Origin: a virus
Taxonomy: Duplodnaviria > Caudoviricetes
IMG/VR virus record: IMGVR_UViG_3300031701_000010
Span: 1 to 30,837 of that record
DNA length: 30,837 nt
Direction: 5' to 3' (one strand)
Translations under genes and position numbers: made by a program
Shown: piece after piece, positions 7,266 through 14,328 of the stretch
Numbering within the stretch: the stretch's first letter is position 1
Layout: every line of letters starts with the position of its first letter
The notes under the pieces: model-generated
Seen by the model: the letters and a program-made list of their open reading frames with translations, nothing else
What the model was told of the DNA's origin: nothing
Databases searched by the model: none

Positions 7266-7570
7266 ACCTGTACTCCATCCTCGTCGTAACTCGCAACAGA
7301 TGCGAGTACCGGGGGATTAGTTTCGGCTTCGGCGTCGGGTGAGTACGCCCTGATGACGACCGTCCGATTCTCCAAGTTGGTGTGGGTCCGAACCTTGACG
7401 CCACGACGCTTCGCCGTGCCGTGGCAATGAGCCACGAAGGTGCGGGGTTCCATCTCAAAATCTTCGCCCTGAGTTAGTTCCCAGTTCTTGCCGTTGAGAA
7501 TCTTGTCCCAGTTATATTTAGCATTGCCGCCCGCATTGCGAGCGAACTTGAACTGCTTTACTTCACGCAT
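7262..7570 (-). CDS. conserved actinophage-type hypothetical protein
   Basis: Start ATG 7570 with GGAGG SD; KYNWD..LNG..WEL..GEDF motif. Confidence 0.7.
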   Translation of the reverse strand: MREVKQFKFARNAGGNAKYNWDKILNGKNWELTQGEDFEMEPRTFVAHCHGTAKRRGVKVRTHTNLENRTVVIRAYSPDAEAETNPPVLASVASYDEDGVQV

Positions 7571-7692
7571 AGGTACTGTCCTCCAGTAGTTGCGTATTGG
7601 ATGACAAGCCAAGTTGGCTCGCCTCTGTCGTCCACTTGCTGGACATCTAGATCAATGTATCTATCGAATGTCGGAATACCAACCTATCTTGA

Positions 7693-8100
7693 TTAAACAT
7701 TTGCTCCCGTGTCTAGCCCTACCGTGGGTATCTGATAGGCCAGTTCTAGTTTGTGATTGTCGATGGTTCCTTCGTACTCGTAGGTCACGGTGTCCGCCTG
7801 CCAGAAGGAGTTGGGTCCGAGGTAGGCGTCGCCTGATTCACGGAGCAGGCTTGAGTCAAGGTCGCTCTCCTTGATGGCCCACACATAGATGCTGTCGTTG
7901 GGCACGATCGTCGGTAGCCATGTCTTCTCGCCGTTGAACTCTATCTGTGTGGGTTCGCCTTGCTCCGGGCGGATGTAGACGAACTGTGCGGCATGTGCGA
8001 AGGTTGGTCCGGCGAGATAGACGCATCCGTCCATGCCCGGCGTGAGCCCCTTTTCGAAGATGCTGCCGATCCGGCTCTCATATGTTGCGTGGTATAGCAT
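7693..8100 (-). CDS. ADP-ribosyltransferase-fold (Tpt1/KptA-like) small protein
   Basis: LYHAT....I.EKGL.PG...VYLA NAD-binding motif; start ATG 8100 with GGAG SD. Confidence 0.6.
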   Translation of the reverse strand: MLYHATYESRIGSIFEKGLTPGMDGCVYLAGPTFAHAAQFVYIRPEQGEPTQIEFNGEKTWLPTIVPNDSIYVWAIKESDLDSSLLRESGDAYLGPNSFWQADTVTYEYEGTIDNHKLELAYQIPTVGLDTGANV

Positions 8101-8104
8101 CGTC

Positions 8105-8497
8105 CTACTCCTGTGCATCTTTGGTTTGGTAGTTATCTATAATGTCATTCATCGAAGCATGGCGCTCCGGATGGGAGTTCCACGCCGTCACTGGGATGCG
8201 GTAGGAGTCGTCGGTTGCATCGGGATGCTCGCCATTCCGAAACCAGCAATCGACATCCTCTCCCTCCTTCGTGACCATGTGGACCCCGTAATGCTGCTCT
8301 GGTAGTTCACACCACAACCCTTTTACGTCGGGGTGTGGAGAAACGCATGGCACCTGAGTCATTGAACGACATTTCCTGCATGAGCCAACAGACTCACCTG
8401 TCTCCGCTGTCAGGTCCGGCGTCTGAGTAGCCATCTCAATCGTGGTCTTACTCTGACCGCAGTCTAGGCAAAGCCACTTCACTTCATTCGACATCAT
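8105..8497 (-). CDS. Cys/His-rich hypothetical protein
   Basis: Start MMSNEVKWLCLDC overlaps the GHKL gene stop; CxxC pairs. Confidence 0.65.
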   Translation of the reverse strand: MMSNEVKWLCLDCGQSKTTIEMATQTPDLTAETGESVGSCRKCRSMTQVPCVSPHPDVKGLWCELPEQHYGVHMVTKEGEDVDCWFRNGEHPDATDDSYRIPVTAWNSHPERHASMNDIIDNYQTKDAQE

Positions 8498-9960
8498 TTG
8501 CACTCCTGTGGGTCGATGCGCCACTTCATGGAACCGGTCCTGAACTTGGCACCCATCGCTGTACAGGCGGTGTAATACCTCGTCGTCAAATGGTCCGGTG
8601 CCTCCTTGTGGGCACACTCATGGATGATCAGGTCATCCAATGCCACTGCCAACTCCTTCGTGGTCATCGTGCCCCAACCTGCTCGCCTTAGTACAAGCCA
8701 GTTGAAGTCGATGCGACGGGTCATATGGATTGCCGCTTCCTTTTGCCACCGGTCATCGTCAATCATGTTGATCTCGAAATGGCTCTCGTCTTCCAAAAAC
8801 ATTGCAGCCTTCCTCGCGTATGCCTGTATCGCTTTCGTCAACTTCGTCGGCTTGGCATGTGCGTAACCAAGCCCCTGACCGTGCGTGGGCTTCAACGAGA
8901 AGTCGGTGGCTGACGATACGGCTGCGTCGTTTTCTTTGATGGCGGTCCAAACGTCCCTGTTATAGGTGCCACCGTTCACGACCTCTCTTCCGTGGGCGAT
9001 GGCGTTCTTGTCGGCTTCCCGATCTGCCGGAGTACCGATGACCCAGCCCTTTCCATGACGGGTGTTCATCACACTCACGACTGCGTCCTCACCGGCACCC
9101 GGAATGGCTTCGGTCACCCACACCGCTGATGTCTCTTCCTCGTTCAGCAGGCCGTGTGTCTCTTCCAACACCGCACCCAGTAATGCTCGCCTATAGGCAG
9201 GCGTCACGTTGTCACGGTCCCGGTTCAACGGCACCTTCTGATCCACGTTGATGTGCCACGGCGTGTCGATCTCCACCACGGGGATGCCCATTTCGTACAG
9301 GTGAGCCTGCTGGTGGATGCCATCTACCTCTGCTGCGATGATGTCCACGCAGGTGGTACGACGGGTCGGCTTCATCTGACCCTTCTCATCCATCCGCAAC
9401 GTGGGCAGACTGATGCCCATGATCCGCTTGATCGGCTCGCGACCTTCGATCACGAATCCGTTGACGGTCACGGTGAACCCGTCCGGCACCAGCACGTTGT
9501 TGATGTCACACAGAATCTCGTAGACCTCATCACGGTTCAGGCGCACCACACCGGAGAACACCGACCCACTCTCGCGTCGGTCATCGGTGACGGTACGTCC
9601 GCTCTCATCGAAGAAGACGCTGCCGGTCGTGGTGGAGATGCTCGCCTTGACGCACTGCGACAGTACGAACTTCTCACCCTCATTGAACCGACCCCGCTTC
9701 ATGGGGTCACCCTTCTTCTTCGACGGCTGGTACAACGTGTACGCGTCGGTGAGGTCGGAGAACCCTTCCGGGCAGTCGTCCTCAACAACGAGACTGGCAT
9801 GCTCATCGTCAATCGACTTGAGGCCCACGGATGCAACGGATGCGTTCTCATCAAATACATTCTGGAGCAGGTCGTGGACCATGGCAATCTTTGGGCGTGA
9901 AGCCATCAACTGGCCAAACCCATCTAGGTCAACGTCGATCCAATTGGTGCGGGTGTTCAT
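8494..9960 (-). CDS. GHKL (Hsp90/MutL/MORC-type) ATPase fused to a C-terminal HExxH zincin-like domain
   Basis: DLLQNVFDE (N-box), VEDDCPEGF (G1), SKK..D..KRGRFNEGEK (G2); C-terminal IIHECAH....DH. Start ATG 9960 with GGAGG SD. Confidence 0.75.
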   Translation of the reverse strand: MNTRTNWIDVDLDGFGQLMASRPKIAMVHDLLQNVFDENASVASVGLKSIDDEHASLVVEDDCPEGFSDLTDAYTLYQPSKKKGDPMKRGRFNEGEKFVLSQCVKASISTTTGSVFFDESGRTVTDDRRESGSVFSGVVRLNRDEVYEILCDINNVLVPDGFTVTVNGFVIEGREPIKRIMGISLPTLRMDEKGQMKPTRRTTCVDIIAAEVDGIHQQAHLYEMGIPVVEIDTPWHINVDQKVPLNRDRDNVTPAYRRALLGAVLEETHGLLNEEETSAVWVTEAIPGAGEDAVVSVMNTRHGKGWVIGTPADREADKNAIAHGREVVNGGTYNRDVWTAIKENDAAVSSATDFSLKPTHGQGLGYAHAKPTKLTKAIQAYARKAAMFLEDESHFEINMIDDDRWQKEAAIHMTRRIDFNWLVLRRAGWGTMTTKELAVALDDLIIHECAHKEAPDHLTTRYYTACTAMGAKFRTGSMKWRIDPQECK

Positions 9961-10079
9961 CGGTCCTCCCTCTGCTCCCTGAGGTACAGCCCTGCGGCGA
10001 TGCCAAGGCATAGCCCAAGGAGACCCCAACACAGGAGCGTTGTCGTGTGCATAGTAATGGTTGCTAGTACGGTATCCAT
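9957..10079 (-). CDS. 40-aa single-TM protein (not in ORF track)
   Basis: MDTVLATITMHTTTLLCWGLLGLCLGIAAGLYLREQREDR*; promoter TTGCAA, 16 nt, TAGACT, 6 nt, ATG; stop overlaps the GHKL ATG. Confidence 0.6.
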   Translation of the reverse strand: MDTVLATITMHTTTLLCWGLLGLCLGIAAGLYLREQREDR

Positions 10080-10136
10080 ATTGGCAGTCTACCGGCGTTC
10101 AAGTCAATTGCAACCTGCGTGACCGATGTCACACAT

Positions 10137-10349
10137 CTACTCCCAGTCGCTAGCGACGTGTGTGACCGGTCCCTGCGTCTCAATCCAGACGCGGGCACCG
10201 CAATGATCCGGGGTCTGCGAATGGATGATCTCACAGGGACCATCGATCTTGATCCTCGTCAGGTGGGTCGAACCCTTATACGTCCGGTCGATGATGGCAG
10301 GCTCACCCTTCTTGACCTTCTGCTGGTGGACATGGATGATGTGCTTCAT
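10137..10349 (-). CDS. conserved small phage protein
   Basis: IIHVHQ...P.I....I.GPC.I.....CGARVWIET motif; GGAGG SD. Confidence 0.7.
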   Translation of the reverse strand: MKHIIHVHQQKVKKGEPAIIDRTYKGSTHLTRIKIDGPCEIIHSQTPDHCGARVWIETQGPVTHVASDWE

Positions 10350-10353
10350 CGTG

Positions 10354-10590
10354 CTACCTCCGACCCTTACCTGAACGGCGATATGAACGACACCCATCGC
10401 ATCGACGGGCGGTCATCGTCTCACCCTTGTACTCATACAGAAACGATGTCAGCGGGTACCACTGACGGCAGTCAGCACACACGAACTCTTCACCCGTGCG
10501 GGCACGGGCTTCGGCTTCACGATCCGACTTGTCTCGGATGCGCTGACGGGTGTTCCTCTTGTTGACCTGTGCGAACCTGTCCTCAGGCAT
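10354..10590 (-). CDS. small basic Zn-finger protein
   Basis: CADC and CDGC; promoter TTGGCA (10625-10620), 17 nt, TAGGAT (10602-10597), 6 nt, ATG. Confidence 0.65.
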   Translation of the reverse strand: MPEDRFAQVNKRNTRQRIRDKSDREAEARARTGEEFVCADCRQWYPLTSFLYEYKGETMTARRCDGCRSYRRSGKGRR

Positions 10591-10659
10591 GTGACGATCC
10601 TACCCCTTCCCGCGTCCAATGCCAACCCTCACACCTTATCCACACCCAATCCCGGTCTA

Positions 10660-10905
10660 TCGGGGGAGGGGAGGCAGAAGGGCAAGGGGGTAGGGGCAGG
10701 GGGGTGGGGGTCGAAGGGTGAGGGCGCGGGGGCTTGGGCTCTGGGGGCCGGGGGTCGAAGGGCCGAGGGGCAGGACGCCGAGGGTCGGGGGGCAGGGGAG
10801 GGGGGAGGGGATCGGGCATGCCGGGGTCGGGCGAGGGGCCGAGGGCAGGGGGCGAGGGCAGGGGGGGCCGAGGGGGGTCGGACGAGGGGGGCAGGGGAGG
10901 TCGAA
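10660..10905 (+). repeat. extremely G-rich low-complexity tract (G-quadruplex-prone)
   Basis: Many G3-G7 runs with recurring GAGGGCAGG, GGTCGAAGGG and GGCCGAGGG units. Confidence 0.8.
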
Positions 10906-10906
10906 A

Positions 10907-11067
10907 TCGAACGGGCGTTCGATCGGAGGGTCGAACGGGTGTTCGATGGGGAGGCATGATCGAACGGGTGTTCGATGAGGGGGTCATGGACGAACGGGTG
11001 TTCGATGGGGTGTTCGATGGGGGTACAGGTGTTCGATGGAGAAGGTCATGGTCGAACGGGTGTTCGA
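10907..11067. promoter_or_regulatory. tandem array of LexA/SOS-box-type palindromes TCGAAC-N4-GTTCGA
   Basis: Perfect boxes at 10907, 10931, 10960 and 11052; one-mismatch box at 10990; half sites ending at 11017 and 11036. Confidence 0.7.
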
Positions 11068-11231
11068 TGAGGGGGGGGTACCCCTACCCCCCACCTACCC
11101 ACACGCAATTACCCCTATCCACCCGTAATTGTAAAGAGGTCCAACTTTCTGGTACCCCTGCGTGTGTGTGGGGGGGAGCGATTGGTTTTTTGAAGTTCGC
11201 TTTAGTTTAGATTGTTTTATCCGGCGGTGGG

Positions 11232-11399
11232 CTAGTTGGTGTGTGTTCGGGCGATTGCTCTGATGTCTAGTAGGTGGTTTTGGATTTCGGTTGCGGGGAT
11301 GTTTTGGCGGTTGGTGACTATTTTGAGGAAGTTGTCGATTTCTTCGATGAGTTGTTGTCCTGCGGTGGGTGGGATGGTTTCTTCGATTACTTCGGTCAT
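11232..11399 (-). CDS. small hypothetical protein
   Basis: MTEVIEETIPPTAGQQLIEEIDNFL...; AAAGGA SD. Confidence 0.6.
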   Translation of the reverse strand: MTEVIEETIPPTAGQQLIEEIDNFLKIVTNRQNIPATEIQNHLLDIRAIARTHTN

Positions 11400-11557
11400 G
11401 TCTCGTCCTTTAAGATTGTGGCCGTTTCGGGGATGATTGCTGCTAATGATTTTGGGGTGTGGTGTTTTTGTCCGTTTGTGTCTACCCAGTGTACCCACAT
11501 GTCTGGGTCGGCGAGGTTACCGATGATTTGGCTGAGTTCGTATTTTTCTCTAGCCAT
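11396..11557 (-). CDS. small hypothetical protein (53 aa, not in ORF track)
   Basis: MAREKYELSQIIGNLADPDMWVHWVDTNGQKHH...; overlaps both neighbours in coupling configuration. Confidence 0.55.
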   Translation of the reverse strand: MAREKYELSQIIGNLADPDMWVHWVDTNGQKHHTPKSLAAIIPETATILKDET

Positions 11558-11795
11558 ATCGAACGTCTCGATCTTTGTATGGGTTTTTCCATGCGTTGTA
11601 TGGGTTGGGGCGCTCTTGTGCCTGTCCGGTTCCGCCGTTCAGGTAGTTTACTCTGGCTGCTGCTTCTTTGATTGTTCTGTGTGTGGATTCTGTGTTCCAT
11701 GCTAGGTATGGTGTGTTGTCGTATGAGTATCTGGTTGTGTAGAAGCCAACTTGGTATTGGTCGTTTGCGGGTCCTGTTGTTATGTACACATACAT
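11550..11795 (-). CDS. conserved small phage protein
   Basis: Y.VGFY....W.TES.H.T..EAAARVNYLNGG motif; start ATG 11795 with GAGG SD. Confidence 0.65.
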   Translation of the reverse strand: MYVYITTGPANDQYQVGFYTTRYSYDNTPYLAWNTESTHRTIKEAAARVNYLNGGTGQAQERPNPYNAWKNPYKDRDVRYG

Positions 11796-11965
11796 GTTTT
11801 GATCCTCTGTTCTGAATAGGACTATCCGTAGGACGACTATGCCGCCCCTGTTTCCCGATTCCAAAAATATTTTTTAGAGGACCGCTTGGGGGGGGTCGGC
11901 CCGTGGGGGTAATGCTAGCGGGGGGCTAGTTGAAAGACAACCTGCCTATTGAGTTGTTGTTTTGT

Positions 11966-12160
11966 GGGCACGGGAGGGGACAGAGTTACCTTGACGGGGA
12001 GCAATCCCTGCCTTCAACCCTTTTGGTGGGAAAGGGGAGGCTGGGCAAAACCCGTCATCCTCGTGGGTACACGGTTAGGACTAATCCGTATACCAGTGAG
12101 GCAGGTAACTCCTTAACCCGGGTAGAAAGGAAGACCCCGGGCTTAGTCCCCTCCTCGCTC
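11966..12160 (+). ncRNA. multibranch structured ncRNA candidate (~190 nt)
   Basis: Two perfect nested 9-bp long-range stems plus several hairpins and a GCAA tetraloop; G-U pairs favour the + strand. Confidence 0.6.
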
Positions 12161-12174
12161 GTTGTGGGTTCCGG

Positions 12175-13023
12175 TTATTCTCCAGATTCCCATAGGTTAT
12201 CTAATCCTTTGATCTTTCCTCCGGTGCGGAGAAAGTCTACTGCTGTTGACAGGCGGAAGTGGTATTTACCGGGGGTACCGGGTGGATAACGTTCTTCCAG
12301 TAATAGAAGCGTCTGTTCAAACGGGTAGTCGTTCCATTCGGCATCGAACCAGCGTTCCACCCAATTGTTCGTTGGGGTGGGTTGCGGGAGGGGGATTGGT
12401 TCTGGAACGACATCTTCTACCACTGGACTTGTTGTGGTCGTGGGTGGAAGGGTTGTTGTTGGTTGATCGGGAACACTTGTTGTTGTGGTCGTCGCCGGGA
12501 TGTTCGATTCCCATACTCCGTCTTCGTTGATCTCCATGACCGGGATGGAGTACCCGTAGTTGCCCATGCAGAGCGACTGCCAGACGGTCCACGATGGGGT
12601 CATCGGGTTCGCCGCAGCCCAGTAGGGATCATTGAATCGGCGCACGGTCTTGTTGGCGTCCAGAATCCATTCGGGGATTAGACCTGAACTGAACATCAAC
12701 GCTTCGATCTCCGGATAGTTGCCGTTGGCCCAATCATCAATGGACAGAATCTGGCCGTCGGTCAGGTTTCTAGCCCACACAACCCTTGGGTCTTCGAGAC
12801 CTTTGCCGCCGTGGAGTGCTTCGTCGTAACGGAACACGACGCCGGACGGAATCGTTCCGTCAGCCTCCATCGTGGTGATGTGTGCGGCCCACTCGTCGTA
12901 GGTCATGTGTATGAACCCGTACTCGGTTCCGCAGGGCGAGTAGATCGTGTCATGGCTGGCGCTGGCTGGGGTTGCTGCTAGAACAGAGCCAAAGATTGCA
13001 GCGGCTACGAATGCCTTTAACAT
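12175..13023 (-). CDS. secreted protein with Thr/Pro-rich linker
   Basis: Signal peptide (MLKAFVAAAIFGSVLAATPASA); TTTTT/PTTT linker before a small C-terminal domain. Confidence 0.75.
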   Translation of the reverse strand: MLKAFVAAAIFGSVLAATPASASHDTIYSPCGTEYGFIHMTYDEWAAHITTMEADGTIPSGVVFRYDEALHGGKGLEDPRVVWARNLTDGQILSIDDWANGNYPEIEALMFSSGLIPEWILDANKTVRRFNDPYWAAANPMTPSWTVWQSLCMGNYGYSIPVMEINEDGVWESNIPATTTTTSVPDQPTTTLPPTTTTSPVVEDVVPEPIPLPQPTPTNNWVERWFDAEWNDYPFEQTLLLLEERYPPGTPGKYHFRLSTAVDFLRTGGKIKGLDNLWESGE

Positions 13024-13055
13024 ATTTAGTCCTAACTCGTGAGATTACATTATTG

Positions 13056-13400
13056 CTACGTTGTCTTGAGATGCGATCCTTTGAATTTGTATGACTCTGG
13101 GATTGGAAAGAGGCGACTGTTTTGAAACCTTTTGGCGAGTCGTTGTCTTGCTGCTGCACTAACAGCAACTTCCTCTATCGCTATGTCATATAAGCCTTGC
13201 TCAATGATTTCAACTAGGCGTTTGGGGTTGGGCAATCTTTGCGGGGGGCAATGATGCTCTTCGTTGATTTGATCTAGACGATTCAAGGCGGCGTGTCCCG
13301 CTGCGCAGGCAGCAGTCACCTGTGCTTTGGTGTCGAAATATCCTAAATGGATATCTTTACCCTTGTGTCTGATCTTGGCGCGTAGTTTGGTGGTAGTCAC
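13056..13400 (-). CDS. AP2-like DNA-binding domain protein
   Basis: RAKIRHKGKDIHLGYFDTKAQ..AA; promoter TTGTGA, 17 nt, TACCCT, 7 nt, GTG. Confidence 0.6.
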   Translation of the reverse strand: MTTTKLRAKIRHKGKDIHLGYFDTKAQVTAACAAGHAALNRLDQINEEHHCPPQRLPNPKRLVEIIEQGLYDIAIEEVAVSAAARQRLAKRFQNSRLFPIPESYKFKGSHLKTT

Positions 13401-13441
13401 AACCGAGAGGGTACCGGCGGATTGTGCGATTCACAACCTGC

Positions 13442-14137
13442 TCAGGTTGTGAGCCTTTCTGGCTTGGAGAAAACCAGTAGGGATTCATGGGGTATCCGGT
13501 GTTCGGCATTTTCTCCATGGGTTAGTCCAGCAACCGGAATGATGCGTGTGTCCTGCTGCGTGAAGCCCATGTTTTTACATGTTTCTGCGTGCCATTGCGT
13601 AACATGTTGTATCTGTCCACCTCTAATATGATCTTTGATGTTGATGATCAAAACACCTTCGGCTTTGAGAACCCGCTTGGCCTCTAGCCACGCTTCAGTG
13701 TGGAAGTGTTTGTACTCTTCACCCCATTGCATCGCCGCTGCACTACCTTTTGTCAATTCTCGACCGAGGTAATGCCGGTAAGTGTGCCGCTTACTGTCAT
13801 CCTTGGCGTCGTGATGATCAGCCATGCGGTTGCCGAAGCAAGGTGAAGTAACTACAGCATTGAAATATTCGTCCTCATACCCGGTTCGTATGGCGCTACC
13901 TACAGCGGTACCTACTCGTTGGTACGCCCATTCCGGTTCAATCTCTATACCCGTCGTCATGTATGGCAGATCGTGAATCGTGCCGATTCCGGCGAAAGGA
14001 TCCAAAATCAAGAGTGTGGGATTGTCCCCAAGAATTTCGATGACTTCATTTAAATGTTTGGCCGTGAATTTGGCTGGATGCGGAGGGGGTAACGGATGGT
14101 AGGCGTCTTGGTCGGGCCAGTTCGGGTCGATACTCAC
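13442..14137 (-). CDS. DNA amino-methyltransferase (N4-C/N6-A type), atypical SPCF catalytic motif
   Basis: HPAKF, ILDPFAGIGT (SAM motif I), GIEIE, VVTSPCFGNR (motif IV variant), RVLK..G.L..NIKD. Confidence 0.75.
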   Translation of the reverse strand: MSIDPNWPDQDAYHPLPPPHPAKFTAKHLNEVIEILGDNPTLLILDPFAGIGTIHDLPYMTTGIEIEPEWAYQRVGTAVGSAIRTGYEDEYFNAVVTSPCFGNRMADHHDAKDDSKRHTYRHYLGRELTKGSAAAMQWGEEYKHFHTEAWLEAKRVLKAEGVLIINIKDHIRGGQIQHVTQWHAETCKNMGFTQQDTRIIPVAGLTHGENAEHRIPHESLLVFSKPERLTT

Positions 14138-14328
14138 GAACGCCCCCGATGTTTCTTTTTTAGTTTTATCTGACGGGGGACTGGCTGACCCTCATGGAGG
14201 ACAGTGTGACTTGTTCCAGCCTTACCTCCCTGTGCTCCCGGTTCGTCCTGCTTGTAAACGGTGAGGACCCCAAAGGGGGTGCTGTAGACATCTTTGATCT
14301 CATCGGATTCGATCAGGTCTTTATTCAT
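14134..14328 (-). CDS. small hypothetical protein
   Basis: Probable start MNKDLIES at 14328 with AAGGA SD. Confidence 0.55.
   Translation of the reverse strand: MNKDLIESDEIKDVYSTPFGVLTVYKQDEPGAQGGKAGTSHTVLHEGQPVPRQIKLKKKHRGRS

Noticed and set aside
9253-9982. Long plus-strand ORFs opposite the GHKL gene (similarly 3014..3646 and 20437..20829)
   Set aside because: Antisense shadows of GC-rich coding genes.
8494-10032. Start of the GHKL ORF at 10032
   Set aside because: ATG 9960 has a GGAGG SD and overlaps the stop of a separate 40-aa TM ORF; the extension is probably non-coding in that frame.
10907-11067. CRISPR array interpretation of the palindromic repeats
   Set aside because: The 16-bp cores are separated by only ~8-15 nt of mutually similar G-rich sequence; there are no unique spacers, leader or cas genes.
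10583-11210. Pro-rich and Gly/Arg-rich ORFs (10583..10987, 10591..10959, 10718..10978, 10734..11210)
   Set aside because: Open in several frames only because the G-rich repeats lack stop codons; no credible RBS or promoter, and low-complexity translations.
11930-12289. 119-aa ORF, or RNase P RNA, over the structured region
   Set aside because: The ORF has a TTG start, unremarkable composition and overlaps a real gene antisense; the RNase P core GAGGAAAGUCC is absent.
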